From Paragordius varius (taxonomy: Eukaryota; Animalia; Nematomorpha): a stretch of DNA of 64,000 nucleotides. The translations under genes were made by a program, and so were the position numbers. The stretch spans positions 6,076,001 through 6,140,000 of the forward strand of contig OZ176052.1 of the NCBI GenBank assembly GCA_964247055.1, in the 5' to 3' direction. Of this stretch, positions 12,641-27,006 are shown piece by piece (positions within the stretch are counted from its first letter, which is position 1; each line of letters starts with the position of its first letter). Below the pieces are notes generated by a model that was given only the letters and a program-made list of their open reading frames with translations, ran no database searches and was not told where the DNA came from.

Positions 12641-15600
12641 TTCTTGGGAAAGTGAATGACAAAGTTTTATGATACAATTAAAATATTTTAGAAAGACCTT
12701 TTAGAGACCTGACGATATAATTTAATTATCATAATTTTATAAAAAAAAATTATAAAAAGATTGGTTATCTCTTACGATTGATATTATCATTCGAAAATCC
12801 GATATTCATATATTAACACTCAATATTATTGGTATCTTGTTTAAAAATATATATTCAGATATGTGTATGATCAAACCTTGCATCAATAAGTTTCGGCTGA
12901 ATCCAGGTGCCTTATTGTAATAATTTATAAAATCGGTGAGCATATCTCTAACGTTAAAATTGGACGGTAATTGGAAACTAAGTTGGGGCCTAGGTTCTAT
13001 ACAGTGAGAATATTTTAGATTTGTATACAAGATACGAAGATGGAAATCGTATGCAAAAGAATGTAGATGACATAGAACTTTGTACATTTCACACGTTTGG
13101 AGAAAATTTGTATTTGTTGTCTCATCCTAAATGCATAATTTTTCAATAAAACTAAGAATGAAGCCAATAATTAGGATAGTTCTATATTTATCTGTTAATA
13201 AAATATTAATCACAATTTGCGTAAAATTCCTGCATTTACAATATTAAAATAAACTTTGTCAGATTAAGAATACCGTAACAACTAAAAAGGCCTAGGTGTA
13301 ATACCTTTAATTTGGTAGATCATCTACACCGACATTAGTATAATCCAATAAACGATAACATAATAGAGGTATATCCCGAAACAAAATTAGACAACATTTA
13401 GTTTAAACCATGCTCAATCTTAACTACTGCTGAAAGCCGTATAGTAACCCTTTATGATTTAATGGCGCCTTAAATTAAAAGAATAAAAAGAAAAATAGTC
13501 ACAATTTATCAATGTGGCTTTGATTCGTATACTTTTTCCTAATTCAAAAACTCCTTTTATTTATACCATTAAATACAACTTAGATTTGGAGGATTCAGAA
13601 AATAAAATATTTCAATTAAGTGTTTTTAATATCTGGGGGTAAAATATTTCATTAAATATATCATACTGGGAAATTTTGGGTTAAAAATGGTGGTTTGTAA
13701 AGATGAAATGATAACACAAAAAAAGGTGGATCCATATACAACTCAACTAATAAAATCCCATTGTTGGCTTGACATTTTTGCATAAAAACTCGTGGGACCG
13801 AACCTTGATCATGATCTGATTTTCTAAAACAAAATATATATATATTAAATTTTATAACGAAAAAGATTAACGATAAAATGCTGTTTTTTACTCTTGATTT
13901 AAGATGGATACATTCGTTATGTGATAAAACTCTAAATGAAGCAAGTATTGGACGTATTCTTGCATGAAACATTTGTAAAGATCAATCCAAGTGGTTAAAT
14001 TAAGATTTATATTATGGGATGAATCCTAAAACCGTAAAAATAATATATAGCAAATATATGGATTGAAAAAATAAATATAAAAAATCCGTACAACTAAATA
14101 AAAGGCAGATCGAGTTTTGGATATTTCTTTCCGCCATTCTGGATCAAAAAGTATGGGCGTTTTAACATAATGAATTAAACGACATCTGCGTTTGAGGGAA
14201 TTCAGATTGGTGAGAGATAGGGGAATACTCAATAAACCATTATTTCTGCTACTAACAACACTCCAATATTCCAATAAAAATTGGGCTATACACTTGTCCT
14301 TTGCATCTAAAATATATAATAAAAAATTAACGAACATTATATTATATATATATAATACCTTCTCGGCTAATTATTTCATACTTATAATCATGTAAATTTC
14401 ATGAATTATTTTTACTTTTTTTGTGGTTTATATAAAGCGTAATACATACCCATTAGGCCCATTTTAATGTAGTGAAAATAGAGATTGGACAAATTTAGAG
14501 CATACATATAAATCTCGGAATCTCGGTTAAATCCTTTATTAATTTGCAAACGTTCGAAAATGTCCAAGCAATGGGAGAAATTGGAAAGATGGTTGAAAAA
14601 ATCGCTTATTGTTTCATGCATGTACCAAGTGCTAAAAGAATATGATAAGTTTCGAAAAATTCCAAAAAATGTTTTTATCAAGTAAAGCATTTTTTACATC
14701 AAAACATGAATGTTTTTAAAAAGTTGATCATTAATTATAATCATAACCTGGTAAATTTATTATGTTCCGATTTCTCCCATATAGAGAGCAATTGATCCAT
14801 ATGTTTTTGCAACCATTCTGATTCTTGCCGTTTAACAAAAATTTGTGAATATTTTTGTGCGATAGCAAACCATCGTGTTTTAGATTTTATTAAGTCATGA
14901 TTATTTTCATTACTAATTGTTGGTAATAATCCATATCTTCCGCAAACAAACAGTATAAAATGCCAAACAATTTCTTTAACCCCATAGGGTAAAATATTAT
15001 AGGAATATAGTTTGACATTAATATTATTGATAACGATTAGGAGCATTTGTTTGCGTGTAATTAAAGTATTTTGAAAATACGGAAATTTTGTGGCACAACT
15101 TGAGGAAAATATAGGTTTTACCAGTGGATTTACTGAACATTTACCCGACATTTCGGTCATTGTCATATCTAAAAAAAATATTTGTAAAATTAATGTACAG
15201 TTCAAGCTTATTTTAAATTATATATTACCATAAGCAGTTTCAAAATTGTTCGATGAAAAAATATTTTTCATATTATAAAATAACAGAAGGAAAAATAAAT
15301 CTTAAGATCAAAATAAGATGCTATTAATATCTAAAAACACTGAGTTTTAAAAGGCCTTCATCCAGAGCAAATAATTTAAAATATATAAAATTATAATTAT
15401 ATAATTTATGTATTTGGGAAGTCATATATTGATGAATTATAGATATTATTTGTAAATAAGAAATGACAAAGAATATGGCATGTTTTCTATTTTACAAACC
15501 TGTATATTCGTTAGAGTGGAAAAGAAGGGTAAAAGCTTCATAATAAATTTCATTCTCTGAAAACGTATCATCTATAATTGGTGCAGGTTCAAACTTATTG

Positions 15601-18600
15601 TTCTATTAATAAGGGTTAAATAAAATTGATTATATTATTAAAAATTGAAAATTTTGAATTATAAAAAAACCTCTAACATATCTATTGAAAAATGAAAAGA
15701 GTCAATTTTTAACAGATATTCGTTTTTTTTATTTAGCAGGCAATAATATTATATAAACAAAAAAATTAAGATCAAATATGAATCAATTAATAATAATAAT
15801 AGTTAAAATATAAAAATTTGTCAAGAAATAATTTACAGTTAGAAACTTACACAAAAAACTAAATTGGTATCAATAAACTTCCATTTCACATTTTTGTCCA
15901 ATATTATGTCTTCTTTTTCATGCAATAGTTCAGCAATAATTTTGCCACCCAACAATCTTCCAATAAAATTTTCGTGGGTTGTTAGCTTTCCATTTTTGCA
16001 GCATAAAAAGGATTTGCAAAATGCCCAAATATCATAAACCATTTTATGCATGATATTATTGGTGCAAGGTGTAACAAAATGAATTTTTGCCTTATTAAGT
16101 AGTGTATCGAGAGTATTTGTAAAATGGTCATGTTTAAAATAATGTTCCTGGGGAAAGCCTGTTACATTATTACATGATTGCAATAAAAGTGTTTTTTGAA
16201 AATCATTCCAGTTAGTAAATACACTCCGGATCCAATCCTCATTTTTCATTTTTTCAGGGTAAAAAACTGTATCATTCTCAAATTTTTGCGTAGCTACAGC
16301 TAATAAACTACATTTTTGAAATAAAAATTGTAATATATGTTTTATTTTCATCGGATGGAATTTGCTATTTGCATCCATTTTTCCCCAATACTTTATGCGT
16401 ATATATTCTTGTAAAGTGGGAGAATTTGACTCTGAAACATTTTGATCGCATAAAGTATTAAAAACTAGCGCAACATTTTTTAAATATACCTCGATCCAAA
16501 GAGTAACTAGAATATTAAATTTGAAAAATAAACCTGTGTTATTTGCACTCAAATTTGGAGAAAAACATAGTAAAAAACCATTGGACCATGTATAACTCTG
16601 AGGACTAATTTTTGACTATTTTACAATAAAATATATCAAATATAAATAAAAAATCCTAATAATATATTATAGCGTATACAAAAATTAATTTTTAACTAAC
16701 TACATAGATTTGAAATTGGATAGCCAACGAATAAGTTCTAAAAAATATCAACCTTTAATGATAAACGTGGTAGGGTGCAAAATGTTTGAATGTATTGAGA
16801 TAGGTAAAACAAAAACGGTTTTATTGATGTGTTAGCATCATGACTGTAATTATCCGGTAATGGAAATCTAAAATTCAATTAAAATTTAGCTTACTCAAAA
16901 CTGTTTTCAATGTGCCCTTCAACCTTAGGATCTTTAAGAAAATCCAAATCATATTTTTTAAAAGATATTTCAGGGTTTCGAACCAATTCTATTGCCATAG
17001 CGTCGAGTATGGCAACATTTAAATCATCATCCATACTCTATATAAAGTTAAGTAAGATTATTCCAGTATTATATTTAAAATATTAATATTTATACAATTG
17101 TTACTAAAAAAATAAATAGTTTTTGTTATAAAAATCACTAATCTCGATTGATTACGCATCGCTTCTTACTGAAGAATGTGGTCGCTCTGGCCACAAAGTG
17201 CAAGCGTTATTGGATGATGACCCAGCCCTAACTTGACAATAATTGGATTAGCATTATATAAATCTACAAAAAACACATTGATGCCTACGAAAAATGACAA
17301 TGAGCAATAATCTCGGTAATTGAGTCCCACACGTCAAATCGATAATCGCGAGGAAATCCTGATTCAACGCACAAAAAGAAATCAGTTTTGCATCGAATTC
17401 GGACGGGTTATGAGAAATGGCTTAATTTTGTAAATACAAAGCGAAAAAATAATGGCTTTCACATTGCCAAGTTGGTCTTTTAACACCAATGCCAAATCAC
17501 TTCAAAAGCTCTGTGTCTGGTGGGACAAGAGCGATATTTGCATTTCAAACCCGATGAAACCGTTAATACACAACGCTATCGTCAACAAAAATTAATTTAT
17601 ACCTTGCATTAATCGAAAACGTACGGAATGGACCAAAAGTCCTGGCAAAGTCATTATGCTGCATGAAACTGCTTCGTCTCATACAGCAAAACGAGTGAAA
17701 GATACATAGAAATCGCTTCGATAGGAGATTCTTTCGCCTCCCTTGATCTGGCGCCATCTGACTAAAAAATTCGTAAAAATGGGGCACACACTCTTCCAGA
17801 GCAGGACTTTAATAATTTCGAAGGCGCTGGAAAATGGCTTGACGAATCGCTTTCGGAAAAAAACAATGAGTGAAATGTATAGATGCCGACGTACTATATT
17901 TAGAATAAAATGAATAATTATACATTTTTACCAAAAATAGGTAAAAACCTATGACTACATCTGGTACTCCGACCGCTTTAAATCTAGTAATATGTTTTAT
18001 AAATGAAAACTAATATAAAAATGCTACAAATGCAATTCTTAATGAAAAATATATGGGTTTCAATCATTTATCACCAATGCTATTACAAAACGGATCTAAT
18101 AAGGGAGGGAAAAAGTTTTCTTAAAATATTTACTAAAATATTAATGTTGATAATAATATTACGGGTAAAAAATATGTTAGACTAGCTCTAACTATGTTTA
18201 CACCCTAACTATCAAACTGTAAAAACAGGATACTAAAATAATTAAACATCTTTGAGATAATAGAAACGATAAAATAAAAAGATTTATATGGCGAAGCGTC
18301 AAATGAAAAGCTGATCTTCACTCACCCACTCCTAACCGTTTAACACAACTATCTCCTTAAAGGCAATACAACGCCGATTGGCCAAGGTCCGATAATATTA
18401 TAGAATAATATGGCATGACATCGTTTGGCTTATATTTGAAACTAACACATATCTATTAAACACAGATAAATAGATCTTTTTATAAAGTATGTAGCAATGA
18501 AATGGATGAAGTGGTAATGATAATATTATAGTAATGAACCTAGAGCCTTGAAATATCATATATATTATTTAATATAATTTATATGTTAAAAATACCTTTA

Positions 18601-21600
18601 TAAAATGTTTTTTGACAGTGGTTGATGGTGACCGGATGCCATAAAAGTTAAATTGTATTTGGTAATCACTAAAACATGAATTATTAAATGACATAAAGAA
18701 AAAAAATCAACTCCATAATCGTCTTAAAATTGCTCTGGGCTTAAAGCTTTTCTAAAAATATGTGTTAAATTATAGGGCATGTATTAAATTCAGACTTCGG
18801 TTATTAATACTAATTTTAAAAAAAATATATAATAGACATAAAAATGGTAACAAGTTATAATGCGGCGATTTAAGCCTCAAACAGTGTTATTGTGATACAT
18901 AAATTACGCCATAGTTAAAAAAATAGGAAAAACAATAACCTATTTATAGTAAAATGAAAATTGGTTTTCGATAATGCCGGTATTTCAAAGTTGAAAAATA
19001 TTATAGATTCCGCATCACTAATATAATCAATCTTGGTATTCACATTTTGTTTGATGTCCATAATATAATATCCAGATTTATTTGCAATGGGTGTATACTG
19101 TTTACCCAGTATCTGTTTAATAAGCTTTAGCGTACGATTAATTCCAATAAACATAGTGGTAGTTGATGTATTACTCAGAGCTTTGGAAACTCGATTTGAT
19201 TGATTTAATGAACTATCTTTCATTCCTTGATTAAGCAACCTTGGATGGAGATTGAGGTTATAGTTCCAAACACGCTTACATATTAAAGAACTCGGATAAC
19301 CTAATATAAACATATGATGAAAGCTCTCTCAATAAATAAATAATGGATAGGATAATTAAAAAAAGACCCATTGTTCAGCCCACCGTAAAATAATTCAGCT
19401 TATAAACTTAATAAACCAAGCAGATTATTATGCACTTTTCCAATATATAAAGAGATCATAGTTTTTTTATAACCGTTAAAAGTTGTATGCACATGCCTAA
19501 AATATTTTGTGGTATTTAATTATTTTTTAAATACTCTATATCTGGTGCATTTTAGATTATTAACCAATGAAGCGAAATAATTTAAGCAAAATTGCCAGAA
19601 TTCCAAACGTTAATAAACGGCGGAAAAATATCCTTTTCCTAAACTAAGATTCGCTGAGAGCTTGTTACACACCATTTTTTTAGTAATATGTTTAAAACAA
19701 AAGCAGTTATTCAGAATATATGGTGAAAAAAAGAATTTGCGTCAGTTAATATTTTACATATTCGATGGTAAATAAAACTTAGTGTGTGTTAAAGATAAGT
19801 TAAATCGATACCATATACAGAATCATCGTGGAAAATCATATTGTTAGCCATCCCTATAAATAAATAAAATTAAATTTATTAAAAAGTGGATTATATTAAA
19901 TGAAGTATTATACTTGATTTAGCCAACCTATTAAGTAGTATGGAACGGTTAAGATCATCCAAACTTATTTTTAATCGTTCTCCAATAAGTAAAAATAGAT
20001 TAGTGATTGTTTTCTGATATTTTGGGTTAACTGCAAAAGATCTATAATATATGATTACTAAAAGTAACAATACGTCAAAAAGAGATATAGTTGGCATTCC
20101 TGTTCAGTTAAGAAAAGCATAATTTGAAATGGTGGAGGCATTGGACGTTTGGTCAAATTTATTTCACATATTAACTCTATGAAATACTGGTTTCTTTTCC
20201 AATGAGCATCATAAAAATTGGATTCAACTAAGTCATGTTTTAAATAAAAGGTTGACAATGTGCTATTATAATGAATCGTGTTAACACTCTTACAAAGCTT
20301 GTAAATCAATGCAGAATTACTCAAGATATCATAGAATGGAAAAGTAAGATCTTGTATTCGTTGATAAAAGTTGGATAAATGTGCGTCATACCTGTGACTA
20401 TCTGCCACAAATATTAAGGGAAACGTGTAGACATCAAACATGTTTAATTTATTAGCCAAAGACTGTTTATTAAACATGGAAGCGTGCAATTGTTTACCTA
20501 TAACGCCTTTTAGGTTAATGTAGTATGGTAATATCATATCTTCTATGGGAGGGATTTGCATTTGGTAAGGTGTACCATATACACTACTGTCTTTTGATTC
20601 TACAAAAGATGTTTCACTCTCGAAATCATTTTCTGAGCTAAGAGATGATGAATTTAGTGTTGACGAGGAATTTGATGCGTTTGATATTTTATTATCATAG
20701 TTTTTGTGCTTTTGGCTGTTTTTTGCAAAGTCTTGACTTTCATCACTCGAGGATTGAAACAAACCATGTAACTCGCCCAAAAATATTGAATTGATAGATT
20801 GCGTTTGAACCCTGTGTTTAAATATTTGGTGATCATATGTATTATAATGTGGTTGTTGTGAAATAGTGGAACTATTGGTGATTGTCTTTATCTGATTGAA
20901 ATATGTGATACCCTCTTTAATGTGTGATACAATAAACTGTATATCAGTGCTATTCATATTTATTTGCTCGATGTACAATGTTTTAAGTAAAGCATCTTTA
21001 ATATACCATTCCAAGTATTGGACCAATAATTTACCCAATTTTATATGTACCCGATTAAGAACTTGAACTATGAATGTTTCCATGTCTTCATGTAACTTCC
21101 ATTCATTAATTGGAGTCTCTAAGATATGATTTGCTTTGGAAAGAGATTGTGGTACAGAGCGTTTTGATTCATTGTTCACATCATTTAGGCTAGTATTTAT
21201 ATTTACAAGAGGAGCGTTTTTAAGCGTAAGAGATTGCGGTGAATTTAAAAGGTAGTTCGGTATCGTTTTAACCAGGTCACGTGTTAACGAGGAATAACCC
21301 ATAGCTTTACTTTTACCATGTATAAAAGTTGATAGATATTTTTTAGAATTGGCAGGTTGGTATGTTTCATCATTAGAAAATTCTGCTTCGATTTCAGAGC
21401 ATTGTAAAGAATCAAAATATAAAGCTGTGTCCATGTTAGTCGTACTTAGAGACGAAGTAGAAATGGTCAATACTTCTAAATCGCGCGCCCAGTTTTCGAG
21501 GGTGGATAACATAAATGATTTAGTTAATTCATTGCTATGATGAGATTCAAATGTTTTGTACGAAGGATTCAGATATATAAAATCTAACGTTATTTTCAAA

Positions 21601-24050
21601 CCATCTCGATTACTAGATTTAGTAAATAATAGTTCCCAACACAATTCAGTTCCTAAGATTGGAATGAGATCCTCTATAAAATAAAAAATTAACACATGAT
21701 ACAAAATTTTGCATTGTAATTGGTAAAAATAAGTTTGGATTTTTGTCCGGTAAAGTTTTTATTCATGGTAATTATCAAACATCATTACCACTAATGTAAA
21801 ATATTTGTCGCAAATAAACCAAACAAATTATAAATTGTTTAAAATATTGATAAAACTTAAATTTTTGTACCACTATTTTTTATATTTAATCAGATGGTAA
21901 ACGAAAGTTTTTGATTATATTTATTAGCGGTCACAATCATGGTGTCATGAATGCATTCATAACCGGTCCCCTAGGTGAAAGATTGGGCAGAAAATTTACC
22001 AAAAGATTGGGGTATTGCAGATAACGGAAAGGTATAGATATATCCGTCTCTATGAACAGTAAACGCAATATATAGAAACAACGGTACGGATGCACAAAGA
22101 TCTTTCTCCCAATCCTCAAAGTCATTCCATAAAAGTGAAAAATTTATAATGTTGCTTGTTTCCCATCTCAAATAATGTGAAAATTCATTAAAATTGTAGG
22201 ACGTATTGGTAGGCGTGGTCAAAATATTTTCGGTGGAAGGATTTAGGTAATCATGGGATAAATATCGATATATTTTGGCACTCCCCATCGGAGGAAAAAT
22301 TAGATTTAACAATTGATTGATTTTCTTTATGTGAATCATATATGACCTAAAAATATATAAAAAATTCAATATCTGTGAACAACTAGGGTAATATACCATT
22401 TACAGTTCAAATTCACCCTTAAACAATTCAAATTCACCCTTGAACAATTCAACTTCACCCTCGAACAATTCAAATTCACCCTCAAACAAATCAAATTCAC
22501 CCTCAAATAAATAACATGTTTTTAAGATTAAAAATTACCTATATTTTAATATATTTTTAAAAAATAAAATTTTGTTTTAAATTAAAATAATACTGAAAAA
22601 AAAATTAATTATGCCATAAAGATATATTTTATATTAATAATGAGTTATATTAGTTCGAAAACACAAATTTTAGGGTGAATTTGAATTGTTCGAGGGTGAA
22701 TTTGAATTGTTCAAGGGTGAATTTGAACTGTAAATGGTAAATACCAACAGTTATCAATAATATTTTCATAGAAAATGTATTTTTAAAATATGATACTTTT
22801 GAGGGACTAAAATGTTTACAATGTATTGTGTTACATCGATTTCTAATAGAGATTCTTCACAAAGTTGATCAATCATGTATTCCAATTCTAAGTCCAAAAC
22901 CTTTAAAAAACAAAAGGTGAATAGATATTCGTTAAAAGAAAATGACATAGATTGATTTTCTCCATTTTCGCAATCGGTACTAATAATAAAAAATCAGTTA
23001 ATTAATCTTTTAAAAAAGGGTTATTACCGGTAATTTCGTTTGCAAGCAATTATGCATGTAAACAACAAATGCTTTATTGTAACAGCTATGGATTCGATTG
23101 AGACAATTTTTAACGGCTGAAATATAAGGAGTATGAGGTAATTTAGATAATAAATCAGTGTAAGGATCATAATTGAGAAATTCTTGATAATTCTAATGTG
23201 TAAGATAAATTAGTTAAGCAATGCGATAAATAATTAATTACACAGTACATAAATGTGAATGATACCTTTAAAAGAAAATCACAATTAACATCTATTGGCT
23301 TAGTTTGTGACAATGATCGTTCATATAAATGTCCAAATTTTTGAGGTTCATATAGGTAACAAATAATTTCCAAGTTTTGTACAAACTCATTTTGAATATA
23401 CAAAATGAATGAAATATTTTGAGAATTTATGAATTTCATCCAATATGTTGGCATATTGTTTGATTCAAGGCGAGTTGTGTCATTCCATGTTTCGAAATCG
23501 CATGCAAGAAACGATTGAAAAAGATGGTAAAATTTTGTAGATATCTCTAAAAAAATTAAATATGAATAGATTTTAATGATTTTGCCAAATAATTGATAAT
23601 TATTGTAATTATACCCTCATTGGACATAGCAGAAAAAGATAACTTAATCTTTGCTGTGGCTAAAGGTAAAATGTCATCAAGCCTTGCCTCATTTTTAAGT
23701 TTTTGAATCAGACGCTGGAACATGGAATCTAAATTACCTCCAATGCTTTTAAGATGCATAAATTCAGTTATAGTATTATTTTTTAACGGATTATCATAAT
23801 ATATTTTGCAAGAAGCCGTTCTAAAATTTTCGCTAATCTCATTAATCAGCGTCAATGGGATAGTATTGTAAGAAAGGACATTATTGTTATTATTATTATT
23901 ACAGTTGGAATTTGCAACTTTTTTCGGCAACTGTCCACCTTCAAAAAACACAAACGGTGATTCCTCAATGTATCTTTGCCGGAAATCTCTATTTTGTGAG
24001 GCATGCCAAATTATAAGCTTTTCAATGATTTTAGATTCTTCTTCAAACAC
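9709..24050 (-). CDS. SZT2: SZT2 (KICSTOR complex scaffold), central and 3' exons
   Basis: Exon peptides match SZT2 as I recall it: HLHSFAYDFHLRILY (human HVHSFSYDFHLRLV), APGFSRNLLMQG (GPHFGRNHIYQG), VFMQKCQANNGILLVEL (YLQRSLPGGIILMEL), FMQEYVQYL, ILDAMAIELVRN...DLDFLK, RDQARRNTL. The ORF-track segments between 11858 and 24050 are its exons. The terminal exon 10055-9709 is inferred via a phase-1 intron 11868-10056. Confidence 0.88.
10347..11690 (+). CDS. Intronless class A (rhodopsin-like) GPCR, invertebrate peptide-receptor-like, 447 aa
   Basis: Seven hydrophobic segments; TM1 GVIGN, Cys at top of TM3 (YYMCHIH), ECL2 Cys (INVCLYK), TM5 IIPF, TM6 LLFP, TM7 SFYMNYTFNPLYR. DRY position reads NQF. 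Confidence 0.9.
   Translation: MDSFEDLNLDLLRSKNFTRCINFSSIILHDTPLKQFNRISSIILCILGVIGNSMGLIIASYRSKHKITPFNENFCTNTTESKNAYPLRLSFKLRSSMRPLRLTGLPNNQYVLFLFYAVNIVNSLLLIPYPILKTVRSEKLTLLLWDNWSWSYYMCHIHFIVSKSLVSFGFLLYIIFFANQFLIIYVPYRYNTYVTRTRINVCVTIVLLYCIAWQIPLYFWSEPVRINVCLYKTNNNSNQFETKSIWYQHLVYDEHIISWMKYYSLFRELFVLIIPFTWLIAMQLLLLNYTSEKLRHYQRFHLRKRFKSIFPKVQALKDVRGTSIVSNARSITPSLLEEVRKSLVNNRLYRKNLSSNKEISKTILILSVEFIFLLFPLSAFEAVWYFVIKTPEKHKNVLNIYIFTILLEHIYITCSFYMNYTFNPLYRKFIKDRFIIPINQVIFRRSF
17150..17964 (+). mobile_element. Decayed Mos1-like mariner (transposase pseudogene plus right TIR), in an SZT2 intron
   Basis: Broken-frame peptides QALLDDDPA, LHRIRTGYEKW (cf. LHRIVTGDEKW), LCVWWD, DLAPSD; right end reads TA|CCAGATGTAGTCATAGG on the reverse strand. 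Confidence 0.85.
22396..22737. mobile_element. CCATTT-terminus MITE, family 1 (21-bp subterminal arrays), copy 1
   Basis: TA|CCATTTACAGTTC ... GAACTGTAAATGG|TA; unit AACAATTCAAATTCACCCT(T/C)G, 5 units left and 3 right. Confidence 0.9.
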
Positions 24051-24054
24051 CTAA

Positions 24055-24091
<37 letters not shown>

Positions 24092-24600
24092 GAAACGTTG
24101 GTTTAGAGCAATTTTTCGGAAAATGTAAAGAGCCATACAAATTTAAAATATCGGATAACAAATCAATAAGCCATTTTTAAAGCCCTGAGTTAAGTTTCAC
24201 TCGTACAAAAATAGGGCTTTTAATAGACTAAGACCAAAAAATATTTTATACCAACACAACATATTAATGGAGTTGGTATTTGTCAGTTAAAATTGGAACA
24301 TTAATGTGTGACCACTTTTAAAATGAGCCCTTGAGCAGAGTTCTATTGTATGTAAAACGCCTTCAAACAATTGTGCCTAAGCATCCGGGAAACGTCTAGT
24401 CCATTCAAATTCAATTACGGCTCCATAAATGCGCATTATGGTCGTGAACATCAAACTCTGAACACTTGATTTAATGGTTTAAAATTACGGCACGTCACAA
24501 GGCACACCTAGTTTAATACAGGGTATCAAATTCTGGAGCTAATCTATAGGCCATTAATTGATACGAAACCAGAAATTTTTATAGTACCCATCGTATTATT

Positions 24601-25100
24601 AATTGGATACAACACATTTATTTCAATCGACCGATTCAAATTGGGGTCTTTGGTCTAAAATATGGAAAAAATTGAAAGCATTGCAAAAGTTTGCAATTAT
24701 ATAAAATCTATGCACCGGAATATAAAAAAAGATTCATTTAATAAAACTTGTTATTCTTACTTTATAATTAAACCTCAAGGTAAAAACTAAATCATTTTGA
24801 CATGTGTGCATAGGCTAAATATTAAAATAATGCAAAAATGACTTTTTGTGTTTATATAGATGTGATTTAATAAAAATTAGCTTTGATTTTAGCGTTAGAA
24901 AACATCACGATATTTTGCAAAAATGTTGTAAATAATGGCGTCGAAGAGGTTTGATGTGGAACTTTTTTTCAAAACTAAATTTTATTTGGATATTTTGGCT
25001 TATTTATATGATTTTTATTAGGGTAGAAACATAAAACCGTTTTTTCGGTATTTTTTAATATCAACTGGGGTCACTAAATACCCCAATTTAAATCGAAGTG
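24601..25100. mobile_element. piggyBac-like MITE family A, second copy
   Basis: Internal sequence similar to 2326-2906; right end ATCGAAGTG|TTAA; left end eroded. Confidence 0.75.
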
Positions 25101-25619
25101 TTAAAATATATTTGGTACTGGGTAAAAACAAAAAATTTGACTTGTAACAAAAATAAATATTTATTAAATGTTTGCGCCTGGATATATTGAATGAGTTAGG
25201 GTATTTTACATGATTAAGTTTTTCAAGGCTAGAACTTAGGACCCATTGGTTTTTTTAGATAATTATTTTATTAAGGAGTCTCAGCATTATTCTTTTAATA
25301 CAATTAAAATTGTTGTTTATAATAGGTAAATTTTTTTATCGTATAATAAAGGTCAATCGTACGCGACCAATATTATTTATAAACATCGGTCTTAATGAAA
25401 TAATCTCTAAATATAAACACGAAATACCATTGCTAAAAATGTTTCATTAAAACTTAAATCAATAACAATTCGCAAAAATCAATTCATTTTTTTAACTAAA
25501 AACGAAATATATATTAGGGAAATAAATAAAAACTTTTGAGCCGTAAACCATGTCATATTACCCAAGTCTACATCTTATTACTGTCAGGTGGAACACTGGG
25601 AGAAATACGTTTTGTAAAA

Positions 25620-26975
25620 CTCTACGCATCCAGTTTTCTAGAATCCGATATTAATAATAACTAGCATAAACAGCCAAAATTATTCCAAGATGAACGGGCT
25701 CTTGATAACTCATCAAACAACCTGAAAGGATATATCGATATTCCACCGAGTCAATCCATGTCCCATCAATTGACATTCTCACAAAATTATTCCATAAAAT
25801 ATTCGCTCACGCTTCCTATTTTTCAAATAGAGACGACCCTGAATCCCAACTATAAAGTATGGCTTTCATAAAACCAAACTCCTGAGATTCTAAAAATTAT
25901 CATAAAACGCTTAAAATCCAAACTGTCCAAAGCCAAAGCAGGATTTAGAACAAATCGTAGAAATGGTTTCCAGCATTTGTTAGATAATTCGAAAATTCCG
26001 AAAAAATCGACACATTTTTCATAGTATTTACGACCTTTGATAGTGACAAGCACGACAAGCTCTGTAGGGTCTATCTCAAATCAGAATATTAGAGCATTTA
26101 ATGAAAATAAAATATATTTATTCAAATTCATATTTATGCATATCGACTCCACACTGGATAAATAACTGGGTAGCAATGAACAACGGATTGCGTCAAGGAT
26201 GCGTCTCTTCACAGATTTAACATTCGCATTAAAAGGATCACTAACAAAGGCAAATAGTTTTGAATAAAATTCTTCAGTAATACAAATCGTCACTCCATTA
26301 CGCCGATGACACCATATTATTGTCAAAATTACTTGAAAACCTTTAGAAAATGTGGTGTGGGGAAAGATGCTCCTCATTAATTGGAAAGATAAAATAATAA
26401 ACATCAAAAATATTTTAAAACTAAATCTGTCATATCCCCATTCGGCTCATGCCTTTTAAAGGAAACCTGCTTACTTTGGCCTTATTACCAGAGCCAAAAA
26501 TTTGGATACTCACATCCAACCGAACAAACTGCGAAAATACATTTTGACAATAAATTGGTATCGTATTGTAGAACACAGAATCAAACTTAAAGAAAGTCTT
26601 ACAAAAAATAAAAACTTAGCAACTTAGATTTGTGAGATATATGATTAGGCCAGATAGCATAGAAAATGCGACTCAAGGCCTGGAAGGAGCTCAGAAAGGA
26701 AAACGATATATCTTGCGCTACATCGATCATCAAAAATCACCAATACGGAGCAACCCTCACATATGTGCAACAACAGAATGTTTTGTAAATCTTTCCAGTT
26801 TGTTTATAAATTAATAGTTGTTATCATTATATAATTATAAATAATGTATCCAAAATATAACTCAGGAAATTTCAATTAATATTTTTAAAAATATTGGAAT
26901 TTTCTATATTTGGCCATTTTGAAATAAACGCAAGTATCTTTTTTGAGATGTTAGAATTTTTATTGCTAATTTAAT

Positions 26976-27006
<31 letters not shown>

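Noticed and set aside
22396-22505. 21-bp direct repeats as a CRISPR array
   Set aside because: Units are contiguous with no unique spacers, occur in inverted arms of a MITE, and no cas genes are present.
24220-24530. Possible Tc1/mariner N-terminal HTH remnant (MRIYG...RRFP) on minus
   Set aside because: Only a few residues resemble the motif, and the TACAGGG end is in the wrong orientation.
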